From assembly GCA_020848905.1 (NCBI GenBank), contig JADLHG010000054.1, forward strand, positions 1 through 64,000: a stretch of DNA of 64,000 nt, written 5' to 3'. The notes below the pieces were generated by a model. It made no database searches, was not told the origin of the DNA, and saw nothing but the letters and a program-made list of their open reading frames with translations. The position numbers and the translations under genes were made by a program. The stretch is from Deltaproteobacteria bacterium (GTDB lineage Bacteria; Myxococcota_A; Polyangia; GCA-2747355; JADLHG01). Every line of letters begins with the position of its first letter. Positions within the stretch are counted from its first letter, which is position 1. Positions 1 through 9,564 of this stretch are shown piece by piece.

Positions 1-220
1 GCCGCGATCCATCCCGGCAGGCTGTGTCGCGCCTGCGCTCCGGTGCTCACAGCGCCACAAGGCTGCTCCGCTCCGGTGCTCGGCGCTCCTTGCCTGCCGG
101 GCGCCTCGCGGCCAATGCGACCATGTTTGATCACGCAACAACGCGTTTCTGTGTCGACGGGACCCCTGGGCCGCGCGCCTCGACCACCACAACCCGATCA
201 GCGCCTTCCGTGCCGGGCCT

Positions 221-943
221 TCACTCGGCGCGACCGGCTTCCATCTCCGGAAAGTATCGCTCGCGCATCCGGTGGGTGTAGGCCACCAGGTTCGCGTGCG
301 TTCGGGCGTGGTCCTTGAGCTCCGTCGGCACGGGGGACCAGAGGACGTTGGCGAGGAAGGCGAAGACCGTCGCATCCACGGACGAGGGAGCCGCTCCGAG
401 GAGGAACTCGGAGTCGCCCAGCGTCGCGGCGAGCGCGTCGAGGTCCAGCTTGCCGAGGTGGAGCAGCTCGGGGACGCTGTGGCGGCCGACTCCCTGGGCG
501 TGCAGCATCGAGCGCATCTTGCGCCGCACGATGGGCGCGCCGACCACGCGCAGGTAGGCGGGGAGCGAGGAGAAGAAGGCCTCCTTCACCAGCGCCCAGC
601 CCGCGTCGGCGATCCAGCGCTGGTGGACCGCGACGAAGTAGAAGTGCTCCTCGAGCAGGCGTCGCACCGCGTGCCCCTTCGCCCACGCCTCCCGGGAGAG
701 CGCCCCGTCGAGCGGGTCCCCGTAGCGCTCCTTCAGGTATTCGAGGATGAAGCCGCTGTCGGCGACGAGCCGCCCGGCGTCCTCGATGTACGGCATCTTC
801 CCCTTCGGCGCCTTGCGCATCTCGAGGCCGGCCACGACCCGGTAGGGCAGCTCGACCATGCGAAGGTAGGTCTCCACCTTCATGCAGAAGGGGCTCAGGT
901 TGGGAAGGCCCCACGCGGTGGGGAATTGATAGAGCGTGATCAC
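221..943 (-). CDS. glutathione S-transferase family protein
   Basis: 240-aa ORF with GST-like N-terminal thioredoxin fold and C-terminal helical domain. GTG start at 943 sits behind a GAGGAG Shine-Dalgarno sequence. Confidence 0.65.
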   Translation of the reverse strand: MITLYQFPTAWGLPNLSPFCMKVETYLRMVELPYRVVAGLEMRKAPKGKMPYIEDAGRLVADSGFILEYLKERYGDPLDGALSREAWAKGHAVRRLLEEHFYFVAVHQRWIADAGWALVKEAFFSSLPAYLRVVGAPIVRRKMRSMLHAQGVGRHSVPELLHLGKLDLDALAATLGDSEFLLGAAPSSVDATVFAFLANVLWSPVPTELKDHARTHANLVAYTHRMRERYFPEMEAGRAE

Positions 944-979
944 GAGGCGTCTCCTCGGGCCGCGAGTGGCGGAGGCCCG

Positions 980-2365
980 TCACTGACGGTTGAAGGCCAT
1001 GGGGTAACGAACCAGCGCCACGCGCGCGTCCGGGCCGTGATGCTCGCGGGCCTGCGCGAGCGCGTCGGCCAGCGTGGCCGTCGGTACGAAGCCGAGGTGA
1101 CGCACGAGCTCCGGCCGCTCGGCGTGGGCGACGAAGACGCGGGAGGCGTGCCGGAGGCGCTTCAGCGGAAAGGTGGCCATGATCCCGTGCACGGGGTGGA
1201 AGCCAAAGCTATGTCGGTATTTAGCGATATAGCCCGCGTGCTGCGCGTAGCGTGCCTCGTGCGCCGCGCGGATCGCGTAGGGGTCGCGCGAGCTCGAGAG
1301 GATGTCGTTCCAGACCTCGCGGTAGGTGGGGTGGTGCGCCTCGTCCCATTCGTCGGGGCACGGGGTGGCCAGGATCACCGAGCAGCCGGGCTTGCCGAGC
1401 GCCTCGATCACGCCGCCCAGGTAGCCGAGCCCCGTCGAGACCAGGGTGAGGAGCGGGTTCATGCCGGCGTAGGCCGCGTACGGGCTCCAGGCCGGCACTC
1501 CGTAGGCGACGATGTCGGCCTTCTCCGCGAGGAGGCTCCGCCGCGACTGGGTCTGCTCGCGCTGCAGGTCGAGCACCGCCTGCCGCGTGGCGCGCACGCT
1601 GCCGCCCCACATGCGACCCACCTGGAGCGGGTTCGCGAGCACCGTCTCCACCTTGAAGACGTGGTCTTCGCCGAGCCGCGCCACGACGAGCTCCCCCATC
1701 TCGTCGAGGATCTCGTGCATGCGGTTCTTCTCGGTGGACATGGACATCACGTCGGGGCTGTGGTGGTGCCGGATTGAGCGATAGGTCGCGAGACCGACGC
1801 AGATCGACTTCCACCCGCCGTTGAAGGCGCGAAAGACCGACGTGTTGAGATAGACGCATAGGTCGGTTTCGACGGCGAGGCGGTTCAGCTCCACCTCGTA
1901 GCCGTTCGAGGTAGTGCCGAGGTGCACCATGTTCGCCGCGTCCTCGGCGTCGTGGCAGAGGAGCCGTCCCCGGAAGCGCTCGGCGAGCGGCCGGCCGATG
2001 GTGCGCGCGAGCTCCTCGAAGGTGAACTGCCGGTGGAGCGCGTTGGCGCAGAGCAGGGTGATCTGCTCCTCGGCGACCCCGCCGGCGACGAGCGCCGACA
2101 CGATCTGGCCCAGCGCCTCTTCCCAGAGCGGGGCGTAGCAGGGGACCGTGGGGTCGTCGAAGGCCACGGTGACGCGCTTCGCGCGGCGGGCCAGCTCGCG
2201 CAGGGGCGGCCGATCGAGCGGCGTCTCGACGGTGGGTCGCACCGCGGCGGCGAGGTCGCTCTGGGCCGGGATGCCGAGCGAGGCGCCTTGCGAGACCTGC
2301 TCGACCCTCTCGTCGAGGGGAAAAGGCACCATCTGGGTGCCGCAGGGGACCATCACCTCGGGCAT
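980..2365 (-). CDS. LarA-family (lactate racemase-like, DUF2088) nickel-pincer-cofactor-dependent racemase/epimerase homolog
   Basis: About 460 aa with LarA-like N- and C-terminal domains. Start chosen at ATG 2365 (MPEVMVPCG) because GAAGGAG lies 7 nt upstream. The track ORF extends to 2416. Confidence 0.55.
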   Translation of the reverse strand: MPEVMVPCGTQMVPFPLDERVEQVSQGASLGIPAQSDLAAAVRPTVETPLDRPPLRELARRAKRVTVAFDDPTVPCYAPLWEEALGQIVSALVAGGVAEEQITLLCANALHRQFTFEELARTIGRPLAERFRGRLLCHDAEDAANMVHLGTTSNGYEVELNRLAVETDLCVYLNTSVFRAFNGGWKSICVGLATYRSIRHHHSPDVMSMSTEKNRMHEILDEMGELVVARLGEDHVFKVETVLANPLQVGRMWGGSVRATRQAVLDLQREQTQSRRSLLAEKADIVAYGVPAWSPYAAYAGMNPLLTLVSTGLGYLGGVIEALGKPGCSVILATPCPDEWDEAHHPTYREVWNDILSSSRDPYAIRAAHEARYAQHAGYIAKYRHSFGFHPVHGIMATFPLKRLRHASRVFVAHAERPELVRHLGFVPTATLADALAQAREHHGPDARVALVRYPMAFNRQ

Positions 2366-2754
2366 GGGCGCTCCTTCGCGGGGAAGGCGGCGATGGTACC
2401 TCAGGTGCACGGGCACCGGAAGACGCGGTGCGGCATGCAGCGCTGGGCGAGGCGCGTGCGGCCGATCCCCTGGAATTTCTGAGAGCTTGGGAAAGCGCGG
2501 GGCCTATGTAGGCACCTGTACTCTACTGTAATTTAACACCTTCTCGCGATCGTGGGCTAGCCTTTGCCGTTGCACCGCAGTATGCTGGAGCCTCTTCACA
2601 ACCATGGGCGGACACACCGCGGCAGCTCGGGCGAGGGCGCGAGGTCGGGGGATCTCCATGCGCGGGCCCTGACGTTCCTCGCCTGCGGCGGGAGGTCGGC
2701 CGACCGCGCCGGGGTCGTGGGCATCCTTCCGCCACTCTGCTATGTTCCGCCTCC

Positions 2755-3879
2755 ATGTGGTCTTCACGGCTGTTCGTCGTTCCCTTCACGCTCTTTCTTG
2801 CGGTGGCCTGTAGCGGCTCCTCGTCCTCGGAGGACGGGGGTGTGGCCGCCGACCAGGGGCAAGCCGTAGGTGATCGCGGGGCCGCCAAAGAGGGAGGGGC
2901 CACGCGCGACCGCGGGCTCACCGACGGCCGGCTCGGAGATCGGGGGAACCTCCCGCCGGCCGATGCCGGCCCAGAGGCCTGCGACCCCTACGGAGTGCGG
3001 AACCCGGGGGCGGAGGCGCTCATCGGTCCGACGCCGCTCGAGCCGAGGCTGGTCACGCTGCTGGGCGCCGCGAAGAGCGAGATCCTCTTGCTCCTCTACG
3101 AGCTCAGCAAGGACAACGTGCTCGACCAGCTCGAGGCGGCCAAGAAGCGCGGCGTCTCCGTGCGCGTGCTGCTCGACCCGAAGCAGGACGCGAACGACAC
3201 GGCCAAGAAGAGGCTCACGGCGGCGGGTATTACCTTCAAGGACACGCCGAGCCAGTTCACCTTCTCGCATTCGAAGGTGGCCATCGTGGACGGAGCGACC
3301 GCGATCGTGGCCTCGGCGAACTTCAGCTACACGGGGCTCACCTACCAGCGCAACTACGCCGCGTTCCTGAAGGACGCGGCCGACGTGGCGGACCTCAAGG
3401 CCATCTTCGAGGCGGACTGGGCGGGGACCGCGCGACCGGACCTGGCGTGCACGCGGCTGCTCGTCTCGCCGGTGAACGCGCGCCCGAGGCTGCAGAGCTT
3501 CGTGGGCTCGGCCAAGACGCGGCTCGACCTCGAGGTCATGTACTTCACCGACAAGGACCTGCTCGCGGCAGTGAAGCAGCGCGCCGCGGCCAAGGTCCCG
3601 GTGCGCGTGATCCTGGCCGACCCGGCCTGGCAGGACGGCAACCTGCAGACGGCGGCCGACCTGAAGGCGGCCGGCATTCTCGTGCGCTACCTCAAGAAGC
3701 CCGAGGTGCACGCGAAGCTCATCGTGGTGGACAGCGTGGTGTTCGTGGGCTCGCAGAACCTCTCCTACACGGCGATCAACAGCAACCGCGAGGTGGGGGT
3801 GCTGCTCACCGAGACGGCCGCGGCCGCGGCTATCCGGTCGCAGTTCGACACCGACTGGAACGCGAGCACGCCCTTCTGA
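2755..3879 (+). CDS. secreted phospholipase D-family lipoprotein (two HKD motifs)
   Basis: N-terminal signal peptide with lipobox (LAVAC). Two HxK(x4)D motifs are present: FSHSKVAIVDG and HAKLIVVDS. Confidence 0.75.
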   Translation: MWSSRLFVVPFTLFLAVACSGSSSSEDGGVAADQGQAVGDRGAAKEGGATRDRGLTDGRLGDRGNLPPADAGPEACDPYGVRNPGAEALIGPTPLEPRLVTLLGAAKSEILLLLYELSKDNVLDQLEAAKKRGVSVRVLLDPKQDANDTAKKRLTAAGITFKDTPSQFTFSHSKVAIVDGATAIVASANFSYTGLTYQRNYAAFLKDAADVADLKAIFEADWAGTARPDLACTRLLVSPVNARPRLQSFVGSAKTRLDLEVMYFTDKDLLAAVKQRAAAKVPVRVILADPAWQDGNLQTAADLKAAGILVRYLKKPEVHAKLIVVDSVVFVGSQNLSYTAINSNREVGVLLTETAAAAAIRSQFDTDWNASTPF

Positions 3880-4012
3880 CCGCGCGTCTCTGCCGACCGC
3901 TCCTTCCGCGCGACTCGGCCCGTCAAAAAGCAAATTTTTTGCCCCGCGCGCGGAGGCCCTCTAACGTGGGCGCCATCGCACGGAGCGGAGCTGTCCGCGG
4001 AAGGAGGGAGCG

Positions 4013-4273
4013 ATGCCGACCACGAAGAAGACCCGAACGTCGAGCGCCACCAAGGTTCCCGAGACCAGCGCGGTGACGGTCAAGAAAGTCCGCACGCGGA
4101 CGCGTACGCCGCGCCAAGGGGCCGTCGCGCCCCTCGTGGTGCGGGCGCCCGAGGAGCCGAGCTACGAGACGGTCGCCGTGCGAGCCTACGAGCTCTACCT
4201 GGGACGGGGCGGCGCTCACGGCTGCGACGTCGAGGACTGGCTGCAGGCCGAGCGCGAGCTGCGAGACGCGTAG
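4013..4273 (+). CDS. DUF2934-like small protein
   Basis: 86 aa, basic N-terminus, conserved YELYLxRGxxxGxxxxDWLxAEREL-type C-terminus. AAGGAGGG Shine-Dalgarno upstream. Confidence 0.5.
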   Translation: MPTTKKTRTSSATKVPETSAVTVKKVRTRTRTPRQGAVAPLVVRAPEEPSYETVAVRAYELYLGRGGAHGCDVEDWLQAERELRDA

Positions 4274-4281
4274 GGGGAAGA

Positions 4282-5508
4282 TCAATCTGCCGCCGGCGGC
4301 GCGGAGCGGCCGGGCAGCTCGATCCCCGCGGCCTGGCCCAGCGCCAGGAGCTGGCCGAGCGCCTCCGCGAGAAACGACAGCCCACGCCCTTCGCCCGAGG
4401 AGATCTGCGTGATCTGCACCGGGCCGAGGCTCCCCGCGAGGGCCTGCGCCAGCGCCGGGAGGGCGCGGGTCACGAGCTCGTAGCGAATGCGCGCGTCGGA
4501 GACCTCGTTGTCGAGCGCGCGGGTCTGCCGCTCGAGCGCGAGGCGTAGCTCTCCCTGGAGGCGCTCCGCGGCGGCCTGCGTCTCCGCCACGCGCGTGGCC
4601 GACGCGGCGGCTTGCTCGGCGAGCGCGAGGCGAGCCTCCTCCTGCAGCCGGTCGAGGGCGCACTGGGCCTGGGCGCGCTCGCGGGAGTGGGCGTGTTCCC
4701 TTTCGGCTGCGCGAGCGGCGAGCTCGGCGGCCTGCGCGGCGCGGTGCTCGTCGAGGGAGTGCTCGACGTCGGTGAGCTCGCGCGTCCGCGTGCGCTCGGC
4801 CAGGTCGGCGGCGAGCTGGGCCTGCCCCACGCGGGTACGCGCCCCCTCCTGGCTCAGGCGGACCTGCTCGTCGCGCGCTACCAGCGCCAGGCGCGCGCGC
4901 AGCTCGAGCTCGGCCCGGTAGGGGGCCTGGAGCTCGGAGAAGACCTTCTCGCTGAGGATGCGCACGTCCTGGATCGCGATCGTGTCGATCACCAGCCCCC
5001 AGCCCTGGTCAGCCGCATCGTCGGCGCGTCCGAGCCCCGAGACGACGGGGGCGATCTCCTGCAGCAGCTCGGCGGCCAGGCTCTCCTTGCGGCGGGTCAG
5101 GCAGGCCTCCACCGTGAGGCTCGCCACGAGGCGGCGCGCGGCGCCGACGAACATGTCCCGCAGCACGGCCTGGAGCTCGTCGAGTGCCGCCGTGCGCTCG
5201 GAGAAGTCCAGCATGCGCGAGGCGAGCAGGGGGTCGGCGATGCGATAGACGGCCACTCCGGTGACCGCGACGCCCACGCGCTCCGCCGTCACCTGGTCGG
5301 CGACGAAGGTCACGCGCTGGATCGTCGTCGGCAGCACGGTGTAGGTGTCCCCGGGCCAGAGAAAGCGACTCAGGCCCGGGCCGTGGGCGCGCAGGCGTCC
5401 GCGGCGCAGGACGATCAGGTACTCGCTCGGCTTGGCCGAGACGCGGCCCCAGCGCCGGGGACGCGTCGGGCGCGGGCTCGTCGCGGAGCTACGGCTCGGA
5501 TGCGACAT
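4282..5508 (-). CDS. SPFH/band-7 (flotillin-like) protein
   Basis: SPFH domain followed by a long Ala/Glu-rich coiled coil. ATG at 5508 is preceded by AGGAGG. Confidence 0.7.
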   Translation of the reverse strand: MSHPSRSSATSPRPTRPRRWGRVSAKPSEYLIVLRRGRLRAHGPGLSRFLWPGDTYTVLPTTIQRVTFVADQVTAERVGVAVTGVAVYRIADPLLASRMLDFSERTAALDELQAVLRDMFVGAARRLVASLTVEACLTRRKESLAAELLQEIAPVVSGLGRADDAADQGWGLVIDTIAIQDVRILSEKVFSELQAPYRAELELRARLALVARDEQVRLSQEGARTRVGQAQLAADLAERTRTRELTDVEHSLDEHRAAQAAELAARAAEREHAHSRERAQAQCALDRLQEEARLALAEQAAASATRVAETQAAAERLQGELRLALERQTRALDNEVSDARIRYELVTRALPALAQALAGSLGPVQITQISSGEGRGLSFLAEALGQLLALGQAAGIELPGRSAPPAAD

Positions 5509-5762
5509 GTGCAGTCCTCCTGCACAGGGCAAAGTGCACTGCGCGTGCCGCTCGCCGGGCGGGCGAGGGGGCCGAGATCACGCGGTGCGCGCCAGGCGGC
5601 CGCTCCAGGGCGGTGCGTTCGCCCGGGCGGTTGCGCCGAAATCGGGCGGGCGGCGCCGCGTCTCTCTGGCTCGCCGCCGCCGCGAATCCGAGGAGGACAG
5701 CCCGAGGGCGAAAGGCTTGACCGTCCCGAACGCCTTATGCATACTCACGCCGCGTTGTTCAT

Positions 5763-5836
5763 GCACCCATAGCTCAGCTGGATAGAGCATCGGTCTACGG
5801 AACCGAGGGTCGGAGGTTCGAATCCTTCTGGGTGCG
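5763..5836 (+). tRNA. tRNA-Arg (anticodon ACG)
   Basis: 74-nt cloverleaf read by hand: acceptor GCACCCA/TGGGTGC, D-arm GCTC..GAGC, anticodon stem TCGGT/ACCGA with loop CTACGGA, T-arm GGAGG-TTCGAAT-CCTTC, discriminator G. CCA is not encoded. Confidence 0.9.
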
Positions 5837-5849
5837 CGAAGAAGTCGAA

Positions 5850-5881
5850 GCCCCGCTGGCACCTAGCTAGCGGGGCTTTTT
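5850..5881 (+). terminator. rho-independent terminator after tRNA-Arg
   Basis: 8-bp GC-rich stem GCCCCGCT/AGCGGGGC followed by TTTTT. Confidence 0.7.
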
Positions 5882-6286
5882 GCTAGGACCCCTCTGCTCC
5901 CCCGACTTTGACCAAATCTTGACCAAACTCGTCGCCGGTCTCGAGCTTGGCTACCGCCGCCCGAAGGTCGTCCTCCTCGACCACGTTGTAGCGCTCGAAG
6001 ACGGCCCGCGTCCGGTGGCCGGACGCGGCCCCAGAGTCCGCATCGAGACTCCACCGTCAGGGTGGTCTGCCACGAGACGGCGCCACAGGCACCGTGCCGG
6101 AGTGCCATACACGCGGGGCGGAGGATCGAGAACGGACCCAGCGGCCAAGCCCTTGCGCAACGCAAGACTTGCGTCGTTAGGGCTCGGTGCCACTCGCTAG
6201 GTCGGGTCGGCCTCTCTGACGGTTGTCGGAGTCCGACGGCTATGCTATCCGATGTTCATGGGGCGCGTCGTGGGGGGTGGTTGGGC

Positions 6287-9112
6287 ATGACGGTGGACCG
6301 ACGCGGGCCCAAGCCTCCGGGGCCGCCAGACTTTCAATCCCTCTTCGAATCCGCGCCCGCGTTGCTCCTCGCGCTTGCACCCGATCTGTCGATCGTGGCG
6401 GCGAGTGATGCGTACCTCGCAGCCACCATGACCCGAAGGGAAGAGATCCTGGGCCGCGGGATTTTCGAGGTTTTCCCGGACAACCCGGACGACGCCAGCG
6501 CCGATGGGACTAGCAACCTCCGCGCCTCTCTCGAGCGGGTGCTGGCAACGCGCGCTGCGGACACCATGGCCGTCCAGAAGTACGACGTACGCGGTCCGGA
6601 CGGGAGCTTTCAGGTCAAGTACTGGAGCCCGAAGAACGTCCCCGTGCGCTCGGCCAGCGGCGAGCTGCTCTACATCCTGCACCGCGTAGAGGACGTCACC
6701 GAGCTCGTCCGGGCGAGCGAGATGGGCGAAGAGCTGCGCGATCGCACGCGCGAGATGGAGCAGGAGGTGCTTATCCGCAGCCGCGAACTGGCCGCCGCGA
6801 ACCGGGACCTGCGGGACGCGAACGCGCGGCTCGGCGAATTGGACGCGGTCAAGACCGCATTCTTCAGCAACGTGAGTCACGAGTTCCGTACGCCCCTGAC
6901 GCTGATGATCGGGCCCCTTGAGGACGCGCTCAGCGCATCGGAACCAGCGCTCGCGGGCGAGGCGCTGCAGATGGTCTGGCGTAACGCCTTGCGGCTCATG
7001 CGCCTCGTCAACGCGCTGCTCGACTTCTCACGCCTCGAGGCCGGCCGGCTTCAGGCGTCTTTCGAGCCAACCGATCTAGCGGTGACGACCACGTATCTGG
7101 CGAGCGCCTTTCGGTCGGCGGTCGAGCGCGTGGGTCTCGTCCTGGATGTCGCCTGCGACCCTCTGCCAGAGCCGGTCTACGTCGACCGTGGACTCTGGGA
7201 GAAGGTGGTGCTCAACCTTCTCTCGAACGCCCTGAAGTTCACCTTTGAGGGGTCGATCCGGGTGGCGCTCCGCTGGTGCGGCGACCACGTCGAGCTGGAG
7301 GTGCGGGATACGGGGACAGGGATCCCGGGCGAAGAGCTGCCGCACGTCTTCGAGCGCTTTCATCGCATTCAGGGCGCGCGGGCGCGCACGCATGAAGGCT
7401 CAGGGATCGGGCTCGCGCTGGTACACGATCTGATTGCGCTCCACGGTGGCACGGTTCGTGTCGCCAGCACGGTCGGCTCGGGCACGACCTTCACGGTATC
7501 GCTCCGACGAGGCTCTGCGCACCTGCCACCCGGGCGCATCCGCGAGCAGGGTCGCGACGAAGACGCATCAGCCGGCGCCAGGCCCTTCGTGCAAGAGGCG
7601 CTCCGGTGGGCGGGAGGCGCCCCCGTCTCGTTCACGAAGCCCACCACCCTCAATCCAGTTTCCGTCCCGCCGGCAGAGAGAGCGCGCATCCTTGTCGTAG
7701 ACGATAACGCCGATCTCCGCGACTACATGCGGTCCCTTCTCGGCGAGCTCTATGTCGTCGAGACCGCTATCGATGGCCTCGAAGGGATGAAGGCGGCCGA
7801 GCTCCACCGCCCCGACCTCATCCTGAGCGACGTGATGATGCCTCGGATGGACGGGTTCGCCCTGCTCCGGGCCCTCCGCGCGCACGCCACCTTGCGGAGC
7901 GTTCCCGTGATCCTGCTCTCCGCCCGCGCGGGTGACGACACCAACATAGCCGGGCTCGAGGCGGGTGCAGACGACTATCTCGTCAAGCCCTTTTCCGGCC
8001 GCGAGCTTCTCGCGCGGGTGCGCACGCACGTCGAGCTCCTTCACCATCGTGAGACGCTCGAGCGCTTCTTCGCGCTGTCCCTCGACATGCTCTGCGTCGC
8101 GAGTGTCGATGGGTATTTCAAGCGAGTGAACCCGGCCTTCGACGTGCTCGGATATACCGCCGAGGAGCTTACGGCGAGGCCGTTCCTAGAGTTCGTCCAC
8201 CCGGAGGATCGGGCGGCGACGGTTGCGGAGATCGACAAGCTCGCCCACAAGATCCCGACGCTCCACTTCGAGAACCGCTACCGGGGCAAGGACGGGTTGT
8301 ATCGGTGGCTTGCGTGGACCTGCGCTCCAGATCGAACCGGGACGATATTCGCCGTGGCCCGCGATGTGACCGAGGAGAAGCAATCGCGCGAGGCGCTCGA
8401 GCACGCCAAGGAGGCTGCAGACCGGGCAAACCGTGAGCTGGACGCGTTTTGCCACTCCGTGGCACACGATCTGCGCGCACCGCTGCGGAGCCTCGATGGC
8501 TTTAGCCTGGCGCTACTCGAGGACTTCGCCGACCGGCTCGACGACGAGGGGAAGAAGCATCTGTCGTTCATTCGCGAAGCGGCACAGCAGATGGCGCAGC
8601 TCATCGACGACCTGCTCGCCCTCTCGCGAGTGACGCGCAGCGAGCTGGAACGTGAGCCGGTGGACCTCACCGACTTGGCGCGAGCCACCGTATCCCGGCT
8701 TCAGTCCCGACATGCCGGCCGGCGGGTGCACGTGACCATCCAAGAGGGCCTCGCCGGTCTTGGTGACCCACGACTGCTCACCCTTGTGTTCGACAACCTC
8801 CTCGGCAATGCGTGGAAGTTCACGAGCAAGCGCGATCACGCACGCATCGAGTTCGGCGCGCGCGCGCAAGACGGTTGTCCGGTCTATTTCGTTGCCGACA
8901 ACGGAGCCGGGTTCGACATGACGTACGCGAATAAGCTCTTCGGCGTATTCCAGCGGCTGCACGCGGCCTCGGAGTTCGAGGGGAATGGCGTAGGACTCGC
9001 AACGGTGCAGCGAATCATCGGTCGGCACGGCGGACGTGTCTGGGCGGAGGCTGAGGTCGAGCGAGGCGCGACCTTCTACTTCACTCTTCCGGAAGAGATC
9101 CGCTCGTCATGA
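6287..9112 (+). CDS. hybrid sensor histidine kinase with two kinase cores (PAS-HisKA-HATPase-REC-PAS-HisKA-HATPase)
   Basis: First H-box SHEFRTPL with G1/G2 boxes (DTGTGIP, GSGIGLAL). Receiver with DD..D..K pattern. Second PAS, second H-box AHDLRAPL and second ATPase (DNGAGF, GNGVGL). Start could alternatively be ATG 6242. Confidence 0.85.
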   Translation: MTVDRRGPKPPGPPDFQSLFESAPALLLALAPDLSIVAASDAYLAATMTRREEILGRGIFEVFPDNPDDASADGTSNLRASLERVLATRAADTMAVQKYDVRGPDGSFQVKYWSPKNVPVRSASGELLYILHRVEDVTELVRASEMGEELRDRTREMEQEVLIRSRELAAANRDLRDANARLGELDAVKTAFFSNVSHEFRTPLTLMIGPLEDALSASEPALAGEALQMVWRNALRLMRLVNALLDFSRLEAGRLQASFEPTDLAVTTTYLASAFRSAVERVGLVLDVACDPLPEPVYVDRGLWEKVVLNLLSNALKFTFEGSIRVALRWCGDHVELEVRDTGTGIPGEELPHVFERFHRIQGARARTHEGSGIGLALVHDLIALHGGTVRVASTVGSGTTFTVSLRRGSAHLPPGRIREQGRDEDASAGARPFVQEALRWAGGAPVSFTKPTTLNPVSVPPAERARILVVDDNADLRDYMRSLLGELYVVETAIDGLEGMKAAELHRPDLILSDVMMPRMDGFALLRALRAHATLRSVPVILLSARAGDDTNIAGLEAGADDYLVKPFSGRELLARVRTHVELLHHRETLERFFALSLDMLCVASVDGYFKRVNPAFDVLGYTAEELTARPFLEFVHPEDRAATVAEIDKLAHKIPTLHFENRYRGKDGLYRWLAWTCAPDRTGTIFAVARDVTEEKQSREALEHAKEAADRANRELDAFCHSVAHDLRAPLRSLDGFSLALLEDFADRLDDEGKKHLSFIREAAQQMAQLIDDLLALSRVTRSELEREPVDLTDLARATVSRLQSRHAGRRVHVTIQEGLAGLGDPRLLTLVFDNLLGNAWKFTSKRDHARIEFGARAQDGCPVYFVADNGAGFDMTYANKLFGVFQRLHAASEFEGNGVGLATVQRIIGRHGGRVWAEAEVERGATFYFTLPEEIRSS

Positions 9113-9561
9113 CAACCGACAAGGTGATCTTGCTCGTGGAAGACAGCCCACGGGACGAAGCGTTGATCCTTCGGGCGCTGCGCAAGGGGAACATCCTCAA
9201 CCCCATCGTCGTAGCCCGCGACGGTGTCGAGGCGCTCGACTACTGCCTCGGCCGGGGGGCCTACAGCGAGCATCCTCCGCCCGTTCTGCCGCAGGTTGTG
9301 CTGCTCGACCTGAAACTTCCGAAGGTCGACGGACTCGAGGTGTTGAGGACCCTGCGCGCTACCGCGGCGACCAGGCTTCTTCCGGTCGTGGTGCTCACCT
9401 CCTCCGTCGAGGACCAGGATCTGGTCCAGAGTTACAGCCTCGGAGCGAATAGCTATGTCCGCAAGCCTGTAGATTTCGCGCAGTTCATCGATGCCGTTCG
9501 GCAGCTCGGGCTCTACTGGCTCGTCCTCAACCAGAACACACCCACCCTGAGGAGTCCGTAG
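9109..9561 (+). CDS. single-domain response regulator (receiver only)
   Basis: 150-aa REC domain (LLVEDSPRDE ... VLLDLKLP ... K). ATGA start/stop overlap with the upstream kinase. Confidence 0.85.
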   Translation: MTTDKVILLVEDSPRDEALILRALRKGNILNPIVVARDGVEALDYCLGRGAYSEHPPPVLPQVVLLDLKLPKVDGLEVLRTLRATAATRLLPVVVLTSSVEDQDLVQSYSLGANSYVRKPVDFAQFIDAVRQLGLYWLVLNQNTPTLRSP

Positions 9562-9564
9562 TCG

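Noticed and set aside
272-1777. 501-aa plus-strand ORF
   Set aside because: Shadow ORF opposite the GST and LarA-family genes in high-GC DNA.
2539-2554. Sigma54-like TGGGCTAGCCTTTGCC upstream of the PLD gene
   Set aside because: The -24 half deviates (GGGCT versus GGCAC) and it lies about 200 nt from the ATG, so it is too weak to call. The similar 36723-36738 match is only mentioned as low-confidence.
3923-4663. 246-aa minus-strand ORF opposite DUF2934
   Set aside because: Shadow ORF. The DUF2934 gene has a Shine-Dalgarno sequence and a conserved motif.
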